Source: Octopus bimaculoides (Eukaryota). From it: a stretch of 52,718 nt of DNA. A program made the translations under genes and the position numbers. Position 1 is the stretch's first letter. Every line of letters starts with the position of its first letter. Below, one piece after another: positions 1 through 11,729 of this stretch. Under the pieces are notes generated by a model. The model saw nothing but the letters and a program-made list of their open reading frames with translations. It was not told the origin of the DNA and ran no database searches. The stretch lies in NCBI RefSeq assembly GCF_001194135.2, contig NC_069005.1:22987819-23040536 (forward strand), in the 5' to 3' direction.

Positions 1-652
1 TAAATAAAAAAAAATCTCTTTAAAATGACTGTTCCATAATGCAACTTTCCGTTTTGAAGAGAGAAAAACAGCCAGACGGAGGAAAATTCTTCATATATAT
101 AGAAGAGCCCAAAATAAAATTGCAGAAGACAATTTGTGTACCATTTCTCCGTTTTCTCCGTCCTTGTTTACGTATACATTCTCTGCTTTCTTCCAAAGAA
201 TCTAGTGCTCTTAGCTTAGTTTTTCCTTGGGGCTGGCCAGATTGGAGCAATCTCGAGTATAACCAGCCGAAATTGCAAAGATAATCTGGAACTCGTCTGA
301 AGAAAGAAAACTCTGAATGACTCGTCCTTGTTTTTTTGTATCATCTGTCGGGATGTCTTGTGTTCTTGTCCCACTTTTTGGATTCCCATTTTATATAAAT
401 ATTGCGGCGTACGTACACTTTGGTCTCTTATATATATATATATATAATTTATGTATATATTAATATTATCTCGGTTCAAAAAACTTCGATAATGTAAATA
501 TGTTAATAGTTACCATGGGTTGCAAAAATCACACCAAAATTAGGATATCACACCCGTTTTATAGGTAGAAATACCAAGTTAAAGTGATGTATTTTGAGCA
601 GACATGAAGAATAATAATAAACGGAGCAAAACGCATATAAACAAGTTCCTTT

Positions 653-743
653 AATTCCTACATATGTTTCAAAATATATGTGCACTCTACTCCAAAGAAG
701 TAAGAGGTGCTGGAATTGCACATATATTCATCGTCAGGGAACC
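653..743 (-). ncRNA. Type I hammerhead ribozyme motif (Penelope-like-element type)
   Basis: Minus strand: stem I GGUUCC (743-738) / GGAAUU (658-653); core CUGACGA (737-731); 12-bp stem II AAUAUAUGUGCA/UGCACAUAUAUU; GAAA (670-667); palindromic stem III ACAUAUGU; GUA triplet with predicted cleavage between 659 and 658. Confidence 0.8.
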
Positions 744-867
744 AACATACAAAAGCAAGACATATNNNNNNNNNNATATATGTGCACTCTACTCCAAAGA
801 AGTAAGAGGTGCTGGAATTGCACATATATTCATCGTCAGGGAACCAACATACAAAAGCAAGACATAT
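674..867. other. Probable assembly artefact: identical 92-bp segment on both sides of a 10-N gap
   Basis: 674-765 equals 776-867, with N at 766-775. Similar gap-flanking duplications occur at 15219-15228 and across 46409-46908. Confidence 0.75.
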
Positions 868-1384
868 GCTAAATGTTAAGGTTACGTGCGAGTTATAACA
901 TTATGTAGCTAAGTAAGTGACCGTTAGAAACAAGAACGCTGGTTTACATAGAGTTATTAAGGGAGAGAGGCTGTGACTATATCTAGCTAAACCCAGATAT
1001 AGTCAACTCCACCATTGTCACCACGCTAGCCCGGGCTCTGTGGAGAGGAACATTGGTAACCCGAATTTTGGTTAACCGATTTATCAAGTACAGGGAGTTT
1101 ATGAACAAATCTTGGGACGTGCAAGTGGCAGTAGGCACTGTACTGAGCGCTGAATCGCTCTCACAGATAGTAACATCTGTTTCTTGTTTGCCTTTTGTTA
1201 TATATATATATCCTACTGTGGACACACTTCCTGCAAGCAGGTCTAGGATAATGTTGTTTTCTCTCATTTCTGTTTATGCATTTATGTACAATGTTTATTT
1301 TTTTCTGGTTGCTATGTATCTCTTAGGCTGGAAGTTTCTGGACTCTAGGGTGCATAATGTCATATTTATTTATTTTTTATTTTT

Positions 1385-1577
1385 TATTTTACTTGTTTCA
1401 GGTATTAGACTGCGGCCATGCTGGGGCACAGCCTTAGAGAATTTTAGTCGGATGAATCGACCCAAGACTTACTGTTTTTTTTTTAAGCGGGCTTCTTTCA
1501 GTTTCCGTCCATCAAATCCACTTACAAGGCTTTGGTAGGCCCGAGGCTATAGTTGAAGACACTCGCCCAAAGTGCTA
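1385..1577 (-). mobile_element. SINE family C (CORE-like), truncated and internally deleted
   Basis: Matches the 48301 copy: CTTGTTTCAG...GCGGCCATGCTGGGGCAC tail and CAGTTTCCGTC...GAGGCTATAGTTGAAGACACTCGCCCAA core. Confidence 0.8.
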
Positions 1578-2426
1578 ATATATATANNNNNNNNNNNNNN
1601 NNNNNNNNNNNNNNNNNNNNNNNNNNNNNNNNNNNNNNNNNNNNNNNNNNNNNNNNNNNNNNNNNNNNNNNNNNNNNNNNNNNNNNNNNNNNNNNNNNNN
1701 NNNNNNNNNNNNNNNNNNNNNNNNNNNNNNNNNNNNNNNNNNNNNNNNNNNNNNNNNNNNNNNNNNNNNNNNNNNNNNNNNNNNNNNNNNNNNNNNNNNN
1801 NNNNNNNNNNNNNNNNNNNNNNNNNNNNNNNNNNNNNNNNNNNNNNNNNNNNNNNNNNNNNNNNNNNNNNNNNNNNNNNNNNNNNNNNNNNNNNNNNNNN
1901 NNNNNNNNNNNNNNNNNNNNNNNNNNNNNNNNNNNNNNNNNNNNNNNNNNNNNNNNNNNNNNNNNNNNNNNNNNNNNNNNNNNNNNNNNNNNNNNNNNNN
2001 NNNNNNNNNNNNNNNNNNNNNNNNNNNNNNNNNNNNNNNNNNNNNNNNNNNNNNNNNNNNNNNNNNNNNNNNNNNNNNNNNNNNNNNNNNNNNNNNNNNN
2101 NNNNNNNNNNNNNNNNNNNNNNNNNNNNNNNNNNNNNNNNNNNNNNNNNNNNNNNNNNNNNNNNNNNNNNNNNNNNNNNNNNNNNNNNNNNNNNNNNNNN
2201 NNNNNNNNNNNNNNNNNNNNNNNNNNNNNNNNNNNNNNNNNNNNNNNNNNNNNNAAGGAAAACTCTTCTGCACAGATAATAAAGAAGTTGGAAAACACAC
2301 ACACCCCCACCGGTTGAAAACTGTGAAAAATACGCAAATTTTACAGAACCGAGATTAAGTGCACCTTTCCCATTAATTTCAATGATGATGATGAGGAGGA
2401 GGATGACGACGACAACAACAACAACA

Positions 2427-2634
2427 TTTCTACTATAGGCACAAGGCCTGAAATGTTTTAGTGGGATAGTCAATTATATCGACCGCGGTGATCGACCGGT
2501 ATTATTTTATCGACTCCGAAAGAATGAATGGCAAAGTAGACCTCGGTAGAGTTTGCACTCAGAACGTAATAACAGACAAAATGGTTATAAGCATTTTCTC
2601 CGGCGTGCTAACGATTCTTCCACCTCGTCGCCTT
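2427..2634 (-). mobile_element. SINE family A (tRNA head plus Meta/MESC-like core), tail type 1
   Basis: Head GGCGACGAGG...AATCGTTAG and core CGAAAGAATGAATGGCAAAGTAGACC; tail GCCTATAGTAGAAA. Confidence 0.85.
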
Positions 2635-2653
2635 AATGATGATGGGGATGATG

Positions 2654-2685
<32 letters not shown>

Positions 2686-2707
2686 GATGGTAATAATAAT
2701 GATTTCC

Positions 2708-2880
2708 GGGTAAGTCAATTACATTGACCCCAGTGTTCAACTGGTATTTATTTTAGCGACTTCGAAAGGATGAAAGGCAAAATTGACCGCGGTAGCATTT
2801 GAACTCAGAACGTAAAGGCAGACGAAATGCCGCTAAGCATTTTGACTGGCGTGCTACCGATTGTGCCAGCTCACCGCCTT
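2708..2880 (-). mobile_element. SINE family A, tail truncated
   Basis: CGAAAGGATGAAAGGCAAAATTGACC...GAACTCAGAACGT...CCAGCTCACCGCCTT. Confidence 0.85.
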
Positions 2881-2920
2881 AATAATAATGATGATGATGA
2901 TGATGATGATAATAATAACA

Positions 2921-2952
<32 letters not shown>

Positions 2953-2953
2953 T

Positions 2954-3164
2954 TGGTTTCAAATTTTTCCACAAGGGCAGCAATTTTAGGGAAGGATGAG
3001 AGTTGATTACATCGACCCCAGTGTTCAACTGGGACTTAGTTTATCGAGCCCGAAAGGATGAAAGGTAAAGTCGACCTCGGCGGAATTTGAACTCAGAACG
3101 TAGTGACGGACGAAATACAAGCAATTCGTCCAGTGCGCCAACGATTCTGCCACATCACCACCTT
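2954..3164 (-). mobile_element. SINE family A, tail type 3
   Basis: TTGGTTTCAAATTTTTCCACAAGG tail, full core and head; flanked by (AAT/GAT)n. Confidence 0.85.
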
Positions 3165-3165
3165 A

Positions 3166-3203
<38 letters not shown>

Positions 3204-3207
3204 AATA

Positions 3208-3260
<53 letters not shown>

Positions 3261-3303
3261 AATAATAATAATAATAATAATGATGATGATGATGATGATG
3301 ATG

Positions 3304-3343
<40 letters not shown>

Positions 3344-3401
3344 TGATGATGATGATGATGATGATGAGGAGGAAAATGATGATGATGATGATGATGATAA
3401 T
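3165..3401. repeat. Compound (GAT)n/(AAT)n microsatellite
   Basis: Alternating GAT and AAT runs. Confidence 0.95.
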
Positions 3402-3625
3402 AAACGGATCAAACAGATGGCAAAAAAGAACCGGCAGAAACAAATGGAGGAGCGGTGGAGCCAGAAGCCTCTGCATGGACAGTATATACTTCGAAGCCGA
3501 AATGCTGATGGAGACCAAGCAACAACCTATCAGTGGTTGAGAAGCTAAGGAGTGAAAGCAGAGACTGAAGGTTTCATATTGGCGGCACAAGACCAAAACT
3601 TGCTCACAAAAATTACCAGGCTAAC
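3402..3625 (+). mobile_element. Dong/R4-clade non-LTR retrotransposon ORF fragment
   Basis: Translates WSQKPLHGQY...TYQWLRS*GVKAETEGFILAAQDQNLLT then (frameshift) NYQAN. This is the characteristic post-RT K-P-L-H-G-Q / ETEGF-AAQDQ motif of R4/Dong elements; in-frame stop at 3546-3548. Confidence 0.85.
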
Positions 3626-3654
3626 GTTCTTCTCGCGTTCTTTTCAAACATTCA

Positions 3655-4075
<421 letters not shown>

Positions 4076-5899
4076 CTCCTTTGAACTAACCATGTGAGAG
4101 CGTAATGCATTCGGTACTGGCGCATTAACTATTACTTTCCACCTATCGCTCGTCGTTAACTCTGCTCTTTACCTCTTTTTCTCTCACTCTTCGCCTATCC
4201 TTTAGAGAGACTTAGAAATACTAACATTTCTATATAAATGATTGCATACATAATAAGCACAAAGCCAAAAACTTCTCAGAAAGGAGTTAATCGAGTAAAT
4301 CCCCATATCTCACTGGTACTTTATTTTATCAACAGTGGAAGAGTGGAATGCAAAACTGACCTCGGAAAGATGTGGACATTTTGTAGAAAGAGTGATTATT
4401 GCTGCAAATGATTTCTAACATAGGAAGAAAGTTGAAATTTCGTCTGTGGGGGGAGAGGTGGGGGGATTAAATTGTATGCTGTACTTGACTGGTAGGGCTA
4501 GATCGATATTATTGATGTGTCACAAACTTCTGTAGTTTAATGTCAGTCTGCTAGGAAAAGGGGCGAAGGGAAGGAAGAGGAAGGAGTCTCAGTGGCTGTT
4601 GCTGCGAGGCAGAAGTACCGGACTAAACAACAACAGTAGCAGCAGCAACAACAGCAACAACAACAACAACAACGACAACGACAACAACAACAACAACAAC
4701 AACAACAGTAGCAGCAGTAGAACAACCAGAGTAAAATAGATAGATGTAGTGTGTGTGAATATGTGTGCATGTTTGTGTGAATATGTATGTGTATATGTGT
4801 GTGTGAATGTGTGTGTGTGTGTGTGTGCATTTGGGATAGAGTAGGGGTGGGGTAGTTTTCTTGGGTGGAGTTCGGGTGACGGCTGTTGGAATGTCAACAT
4901 ATAAATCATTTCCATTTCTGTGAATATAATTTTCAGGGGTGGCGGGTTGACAATGTTATGATAAAGGTCAACAACTGTTTTTTCACTTAGAAGTAGTAGT
5001 TTTTATTTATGTTATAACAACACCCGCCGCTGCCACCCTAGCCAGCCGGCAGTCCACCCGATCGTCCACCCGGAAAACTAGACACCTCCCAGACATTAGA
5101 CACATTACACAAACACAAACACACTCCTTCAGTATTGCATAGGAAGAAACGATGCAGATAGGTAGCTAGGATTCGAACTTACGCGCAAGCACTCAAGTAN
5201 NNNNNNNNNNNNNNNNNNNNNNNNNNNNNNNNNNNNNNNNNNNNNNNNNNNNNNNNNNNNNNNNNNNNNNNNNNNNNNNNNNNNNNNNNNNNNNNNNNNN
5301 NNNNNNNNNNNNNNNNNNNNNNNNNNNNNNNNNNNNNNNNNNNNNNNNNNNNNNNNNNNNNNNNNNNNNNNNNNNNNNNNNNNNNNNNNNNNNNNNNNNN
5401 NNNNNNNNNNNNNNNNNNNNNNNNNNNNNNNNNNNNNNNNNNNNNNNNNNNNNNNNNNNNNNNNNNNNNNNNNNNNNNNNNNNNNNNNNNNNNNNNNNNN
5501 NNNNNNNNNNNNNNNNNNNNNNNNNNNNNNNNNNNNNNNNNNNNNNNNNNNNNNNNNNNNNNNNNNNNNNNNNNNNNNNNNNNNNNNNNNNNNNNNNNNN
5601 NNNNNNNNNNNNNNNNNNNNNNNNNNNNNNNNNNNNNNNNNNNNNNNNNNNNNNNNNNNNNNNNNNNNNNNNNNNNNNNNNNNNNNNNNNNNNNNNNNNN
5701 NNNNNNNNNNNNNNNNNNNNNNNNNNNNNNNNNNNNNNNNNNNNNNNNNNNNNNNNNNNNNNNNNNNNNNNNNNNNNNNNNNNNNNNNNNNNNNNNNNNN
5801 NNNNNNNNNNNNNNNNNNNNNNNNNNNNNNNNNNNNNNNNNNNNNNNNNNNNNNNNNNATATATATATATATACACGTATTCGAGGAGCTTCCACAAAG

Positions 5900-6043
5900 T
5901 TTCCGTCCTCCTGATCCACTCAGAAGTTAGTGGTCGTCCCGGGACTATAGCAGAAGACACTTGCCCAAGGTGCCACGCAGTGCAACTAAACCGGAAACCA
6001 CATGGTTGCAAAGCAAGCTTCTTCACCACACAGCCATGCCTGT
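5900..6043 (-). mobile_element. SINE family C, 5' half
   Basis: GACACTTGCCCAAGGTGCCACGCAGTG...CTTCACCACACAGCC. Confidence 0.8.
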
Positions 6044-6424
6044 ACCCTTTCAATGATTCCAATGTATGAAAAAAAAACCGTGTGTAGAGAGGGAATACAA
6101 CAGAATGGTGAAGGGTGAGTGGATGAGTTTTGCGAAGAAATGACTAGGTATAGTGGTTAGTGTGTGAACAGGAGTGAGGTTGGATACTGTATGGAAGCCG
6201 AAACAGAAAGGATGTATAAGTCGGGTAAGCTTGAGAGGTGGTGCACAAAATCAGCGAAATCCGAGAAGTAGCGAGAACAGTAGTTAGCGATACGATTGGA
6301 ATCAGAACATAGACACGTTTCTAAACCGGCTTTAGTAATTCTTACTCTACTTTATATTTCTTCCTACATAATTGTGATTCCGTTGCTTCAAGAGTAGAAA
6401 CAATTTAAGGAAAGGAATTTAATA

Positions 6425-6770
6425 AAGGCGGCGAATTTGTGCAGTCATTAGAACGTTGGATACAATACCTTGCAATATTCCGTTCGGCGAAGGGCGGCGG
6501 GCTGGCAGAATCGTTAGCATGCCGGGTGAATGCTAAGCAGTATTTCCTCCGATTGCACGTTCTGAGTTCAAGTTCCACCGACTTCGACTTTGCCCGTCTT
6601 CCTTTCGGGTTCGATAAAATAAGCACCAATTGAGTACTGGGGCGGTGTGATCGACTTATCTGTTCTTCCGAAATCGATAGCCTTGTGTCAAAATTTGAAG
6701 CCAATATTTCGTTCTGAGTTCTCCTGCAAGAAATCTTGCTGAGATTCGACCCTCTATTCTTTTGATGCGC
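6425..6770 (+). mobile_element. Nested SINE A: younger copy (6486-6701) inside an older SINE A
   Basis: Inner full copy flanked by CAATATTCCGTTC (6473-6485) and CAATATTTCGTTC (6702-6714); the outer decayed head continues after the insert. Confidence 0.75.
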
Positions 6771-6829
6771 TTATAGTGCATCTCGGCCTTGTTTCCAAGT
6801 TTATGCTTCTGTGATGGAAACAGGCAAGA

Positions 6830-7280
6830 TGATTCAAAAGTTCTGTTCGAGTTTTCGCGACTTCTTTCTCATTAACTCATCTGCTTGACTCCACAATATA
6901 AGCAGACGCAGAAAGCTTACTTCATGCCGTTGGCATCTTACTTTTTGGCTGATACAGCCACCAGGAAGACGACATTTTAGCCTCAGTCTTATTAGCTTAA
7001 GAATATCTTTCTTCAACACAAGAGGCCAACTTCATCACCAACGTTGTTACTTAAACACGTAAGAGACATTATCTTCATCATCCCCATCAACACAGCAAGC
7101 GGCTTTTTCTTGCCACCATTCTTCGTCGTACACAAGCGAAACTATTTCAGTGATTACTAGTTTTACAACTGACCGGCTAGCCTTTCTGCCACACACGAAA
7201 CAAACAAACATTTTCTCGTATACTGCCAAAAATAATATACACATGAATCGGTAGTGATTTAAAATAGTAATGTTTTTCAA
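6830..7280 (-). pseudogene. Decayed coding-like remnant, possibly a DNA-transposon protein C-terminus
   Basis: VSLVYDEEWWQEKAACCVDGDDEDNVSY...SWPL...KKDILKLI resembles V-x-Y-D-x-x-W...WP motifs I recall from DNA-transposon proteins; multiple stops; family not assigned. Confidence 0.3.
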
Positions 7281-7584
7281 AAGTTGCTAAATAAACATTT
7301 CTATATATACAACAAATGCATCGTCCATATTTGTTTATTCAACTTATCCAAACATCCATATACACACTGCTTTTACTCTAGAGACTCTTGAAACCTTTCG
7401 TACATACTTAATTCATACACAAAACTTTCGTAGTACGTTTACTAAAGTTTACAGTTCAAATCCCGGCAATATCAATTTTTCCTTTTATCATTTCAGAGTA
7501 GAACAAATCCAAGTCCAAAGACTGGTGAAATTGTTTGGAGGCTAGACGAAATGCGCTGAATCTATTGTTATTATTGAATGAGAG

Positions 7585-7980
7585 AGCAGTGCATGCCATC
7601 AAAGTGACACTGGGGTAATGCATCACAACCATATGTGCGTGAAATGAGGATCTCATATCAAGATAAACAGCGCATGACCTTGCAGGTGGGGCCCAGTTAG
7701 AATTTTCTTCAGGTCGAGTAGCCCATCCCGGTCAAAAGGTCCCTGAATAAGGTTTGTTTAAGGATGTTGAGCAAAGCACCAATGTTTCCAAAGGTGAATT
7801 ATTCAAACCCCAAAGAATTTCTCTCAACACATGGCTATGATGCTCCCCCACTACTTCTGCTCATGATCAGAGATGCACATATCGTCAGCCACCAAGGGAC
7901 ATGCTCAACTGGTTAAGGTCAAACAACTGACAAGCAAATCTGTGGTATTAAGCAGAATATTTGCTGTAGCCCATCTTTTG
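7585..7980 (-). mobile_element. Probable interspersed repeat, likely a LINE 3' UTR or non-autonomous retroposon
   Basis: Complex non-coding block ending on the minus strand in CTCTCTCATTCAATAATAAC and bordered by (ATT)n. It resembles an abundant octopus repeat from memory; single copy in this window. Confidence 0.45.
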
Positions 7981-8540
7981 ATTATTATTATTATCATTAN
8001 NNNNNNNNNNNNNNNNNNNNNNNNNNNNNNNNNNNNNNNNNNNNNNNNNNNNNNNNNNNNNNNNNNNNNNNNNNNNNNNNNNNNNNNNNNNNNNNNNNNN
8101 NNNNNNNNNNNNNNNNNNNNNNNNNNNNNNNNNNNNNNNNNNNNNNNNNNNNNNNNNNNNNNNNNNNNNNNNNNNNNNNNNNNNNNNNNNNNNNNNNNNN
8201 NNNNNNNNNNNNNNNNNNNNNNNNNNNNNNNNNNNNNNNNNNNNNNNNNNNNNNNNNNNNNNNNNNNNNNNNNNNNNNNNNNNNNNNNNNNNNNNNNNNN
8301 NNNNNNNNNNNNNNNNNNNNNNNNNNNNNNNNNNNNNNNNNNNNNNNNNNNNNNNNNNNNNNNNNNNNNNNNNNNNNNNNNNNNNNNNNNNNNNNNNNNN
8401 NNNNNNNNNNNNNNNNNNNNNNNNNNNNNNNNNNNNNNNNNNNNNNNNNNNNNNNNNNNNNNNNNNNNNNNNNNNNNNNNNNNNNNNNNNNNNNNNNNNN
8501 NNNNNNNNNNNNNNNNNNNNNNNNNNNNNNNNNNNNNNNN

Positions 8541-8731
8541 GAAGAAGAAGGGGAAGAGGAGGAGGAGAAGAAGGAGGAGAGGAGGAGGAGGAGAAGAAGG
8601 AGGAGGAGGAAGAGGAGGAGAAGAAGGAAGAAGGAGGAGGAGGAGGAGGAGGAAGAGGAAAAGAAGAAGAAGAAGAAGAAGAAGAAGAAGAAGAAGAAGA
8701 AGAAGAAGAAGAAGAAGAAGAAGAAGAAGAA
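8541..8731. repeat. (GAA)n/(GGA)n purine microsatellite
   Basis: Direct inspection. Confidence 0.95.
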
Positions 8732-8738
8732 ATGAGTA

Positions 8739-9220
8739 ATGTCTTCCTCACTACATGGGAATTGTAGTAGCACGAATAACAACATTAACAACAGCTACTG
8801 CGGAGGAAAAGAGACTTCTGCAAATATCACTGCAGCTAAGGAATTGGTTAACATCTCATTGGAGAACAAAATAGAAGAACTAAACAAAGCTGCAAAATAT
8901 ATAAAAAGGAATGGAAGGAAGGTAGAATTGACGCCTCCAGGTGACGTGCTTGAAGCAACAGCCAAACGGACAGTTGTCGATAGGTGCGTGAACACAAAGA
9001 CAAGGAAACTCGAAAATGCTAAACGCGGCCAGGTGGAAAAAGTCTTGAAAGACATATGGCAGGATATCCACCACATTGCGAGAGAGAGGTAGTACGGTGG
9101 ATTAAAGGTCCTTTCTAAGACTGAGGGGCAGGCGATACAGAGCTCGGTGGCCACGCGTCGAGGAGGGAGAATTGGGTTGGAACTACCTTGGAGGTTGTTC
9201 TCCACGTGGAGCCAGAGCAG
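8739..9220 (+). pseudogene. Unassigned coding-like remnant, possibly a LINE RT thumb region
   Basis: 117-aa complex ORF continuing past a TAG into YGGLKVL; the W...Y-GGL pattern is weakly like LINE RT C-termini. Confidence 0.25.
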
Positions 9221-9990
9221 TTAGAGAAAGTCCCTGGCCTGATTTCCCTCTCGATTCCAATGATTGAAACAAGTAAAAGATAAGATACACACAAAAGCAC
9301 ACACACTCATAAACATAGACAGCATTCCGCTCACAAGCTATTCGTGTATGTGTGAGAGCGTGTGTGTGTGCTTTTTTGTCTTTGGTTGTTCAAAGAGAAT
9401 ACAATTGGCTATATCGACCTCCAGTACTTGGTCTGTACTTCATTTCATCGCCTCCGTCTCATCAAAAGAGTAAAAAGCAAAATCGCTATGGCGAAATTCG
9501 AACTGAGAATCCAAGTGACATAACTAAATACTGCAATGCATTTTCTCCGTCTCTCTCTCTCTCCGTCTCCCTCTCTCTCTCTCTCTACTCATTCGGCCAA
9601 TCAAAGTAACGATTTATTCATTTTATTATAATTATAATAACGATATATCTGGGTCAGTTTCTAACCGTTTGTTGACAATATAATTGAGCAGTAATCAAGT
9701 TCTGGAGAGAGTGACAAATAGCACAGCTTAAATTTTTCAAAAATGTTTATCACGATCTCCACCCTCGTCTATAACTAAATTTAGGGCTATGATTTCAAAA
9801 ATGTTAATAGTTTTCCTCTCTCATCAGCTGTCACCGGGTTACATATACAACTCCAACTTATATTTTTTTGAAGACTATCGTGAATAACCGTTTTATTTTT
9901 CGAATATCCAAAATAGAGAAAGCAAATATCCCGTAGATACATTCTGATGTTTCTGGATGTTATGTTTGAGCCAAGCAAAGTACAAAACTC

Positions 9991-10419
9991 TTTTCTACTC
10001 TAGGCACAAGGGCCGAAATTTTAGGGGAGGGGAACAGTCGATTAGATTGACCCCAGTACGCAACTGGTACTTAATTTATCGACTCCGAAAGGATGAAAGG
10101 CAAAGTCGACCTCGGCGGAATTTGAGCTCAGAACGTAAAGACAGACGCAATATCTCTAAGCATTTCGCCCGGCGTGCTAACGTTTCTTATTTCTTTATTG
10201 CCCACAAGGGGCTAAACATAGAGGGGACAAAGAAGGACAGACAAAGGGATTAAGTCGATTACATCGACCCCAGTGCGTAACTGGTATTTACTTTATCGAC
10301 CCCGAAAGGATGAAAGGCAAAGTCGACCTCGGCGGAATTTGAACTCAGAACGTAAAGACAGACGAAATACCGCTAAGCATTTCGCCCGGTGTGCTAACAT
10401 TTCTGCCAGCTCGCCGTCT
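9991..10419 (-). mobile_element. SINE A head-to-tail dimer (full unit plus 5'-truncated unit) within one TSD
   Basis: Junction near 10186; flanks AAAGTACAAAACTCTT (9977-9992) and AAAGTACCAAAATCTT (10420-10435). Confidence 0.8.
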
Positions 10420-10639
10420 AAAGTACCAAAATCTTGACAACATATGGGCAATTTTTTGGAATAGTTACAAGTGTCCAAGACATGCTTTGAGTTTCTTATG
10501 TAATATGTAGAAGCGGCAAATATATCTCAGAAGAATGGTTAAGAGGTCCAAGAAGAACGATACTTCTTTCCCTATCCTAGAATATAGAGAGAATAAAATA
10601 ATAATCATAGCGACTACTATTTCTGCATGTTTCTTGTTA

Positions 10640-10989
10640 CAACGCACTGGAAAGAGTATTCAAGTTAAAGAAGAGAATTTAATAGAAAACTGTAGGATTA
10701 CTGTGTATCAGAAAAGGGATACCGAATTTGCAATTCTGATGCCTGTGGAGATCTATGTTATTACAAATATGTGAATGACATCTTTACAGCTACTGGACCG
10801 AGATCGTCAATTCTACTAATGAAGCACTGTGGATTAGCAGAATTTTTTCTGACGAAGAGTCCCGCTCGAAACGTTAAATCCTCTTTCTTTTCTTTCCTTT
10901 CCTGAGCGTCCAATAACACTGTACTTATTCCACGTCCTCGCGTTGTTGCTTTTTCGAGTTTTTTCTTGCTTGTTCATGTTTGAATCGAC

Positions 10990-11020
<31 letters not shown>
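10640..11020 (+). mobile_element. Penelope-like element 3' remnant
   Basis: Decayed ENCRITVYQKRDTEFAILMPVEIYVI resembles a GIY-YIG C-terminal stretch; followed by a hammerhead motif and (TA)n. Confidence 0.5.
10843..10881 (+). ncRNA. Minimal hammerhead ribozyme motif
   Basis: UUU-CUGACGA(10849-10855)-A-GAG-UCCCG-CUC-GAAA(10868-10871)-CGUU-AAA; loopless palindromic ACGU stem III; 3-bp stem I. Confidence 0.6.
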
Positions 11021-11021
<1 letters not shown>

Positions 11022-11729
11022 AGAAATATTACATTATCATGAAGCCATATATATGGTATTTGAAAACCGACCACAGCATTGACTGATAAGCCTGTCTGTA
11101 TTGAACTTCAGCAATAAATAAAACACCGAAACAATATACTTCAATCCCTGCAATGTTGAGAAACACTTTATCCACACCAAATCAAAACATACTTTAGACA
11201 GAAAGTTAGATTTAATTTATAAATGCTTCCACTACTAAGTCACAATGAGTAAGGCTTCTGATCTAAGGTAGTTAGTCCAACAACCATTCCATTTTTTTCC
11301 CTAGCCAAGAAAATTGTACCTCGGAAAATATCGTCTGTTTCATCCAATTCTAAAACCGTAGAGTGTAGTTTGAGTGAGATTTGGATACTATTTCCAGGAA
11401 ACGACGTAATCGATGACGTAATCTGGAAAAAAGGGTTACAGTGGGAAAACAATTGATGAAAGATTTCATAGTTCAGAATCGACCTAGGACAAAAAGAAAA
11501 AAAAGAAAAAAAAAAAACCAATAGTAATACGTGATGGATGTTGTTACTAATTACACAATGATTAGTGTAGCATATAATTAATGTGGATTACACTGCATAT
11601 AAGAATAATTTCAGTATTAATTAAGATATCAGACCAATGTAGATAGTTTCCCAGTGACGATTCTAATCTTGTTACAATACATTTTCAATTTGGTGGTAGT
11701 TGTGGTAGTGGTGCTGCTAATGTTCTAAT

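Noticed and set aside
20-420. Overlapping short ORFs at the window start
   Set aside because: Stops in all frames and no motif I recognise.
674-867. Apparent tandem hammerhead copies that could form a cis dimer
   Set aside because: The 92-bp copies are identical and split by a 10-N placeholder gap, as at 15219; most likely a scaffolding overlap. Long reads would be needed to revive it.
3087-3596. Long poly-D/N/I/M ORFs and all similar HT/CV/YI/SL-rich or X-filled ORFs in the track
   Set aside because: They are translations of microsatellites or N gaps.
4936-5040. GGGTGGC...GCCACCC short inverted repeat
   Set aside because: Too short and gapped to distinguish from chance.
11085-11165. CTGATAA...CCGAAAC hammerhead-like motif
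   Set aside because: The core is altered and there is no valid NUH triplet or stem II.
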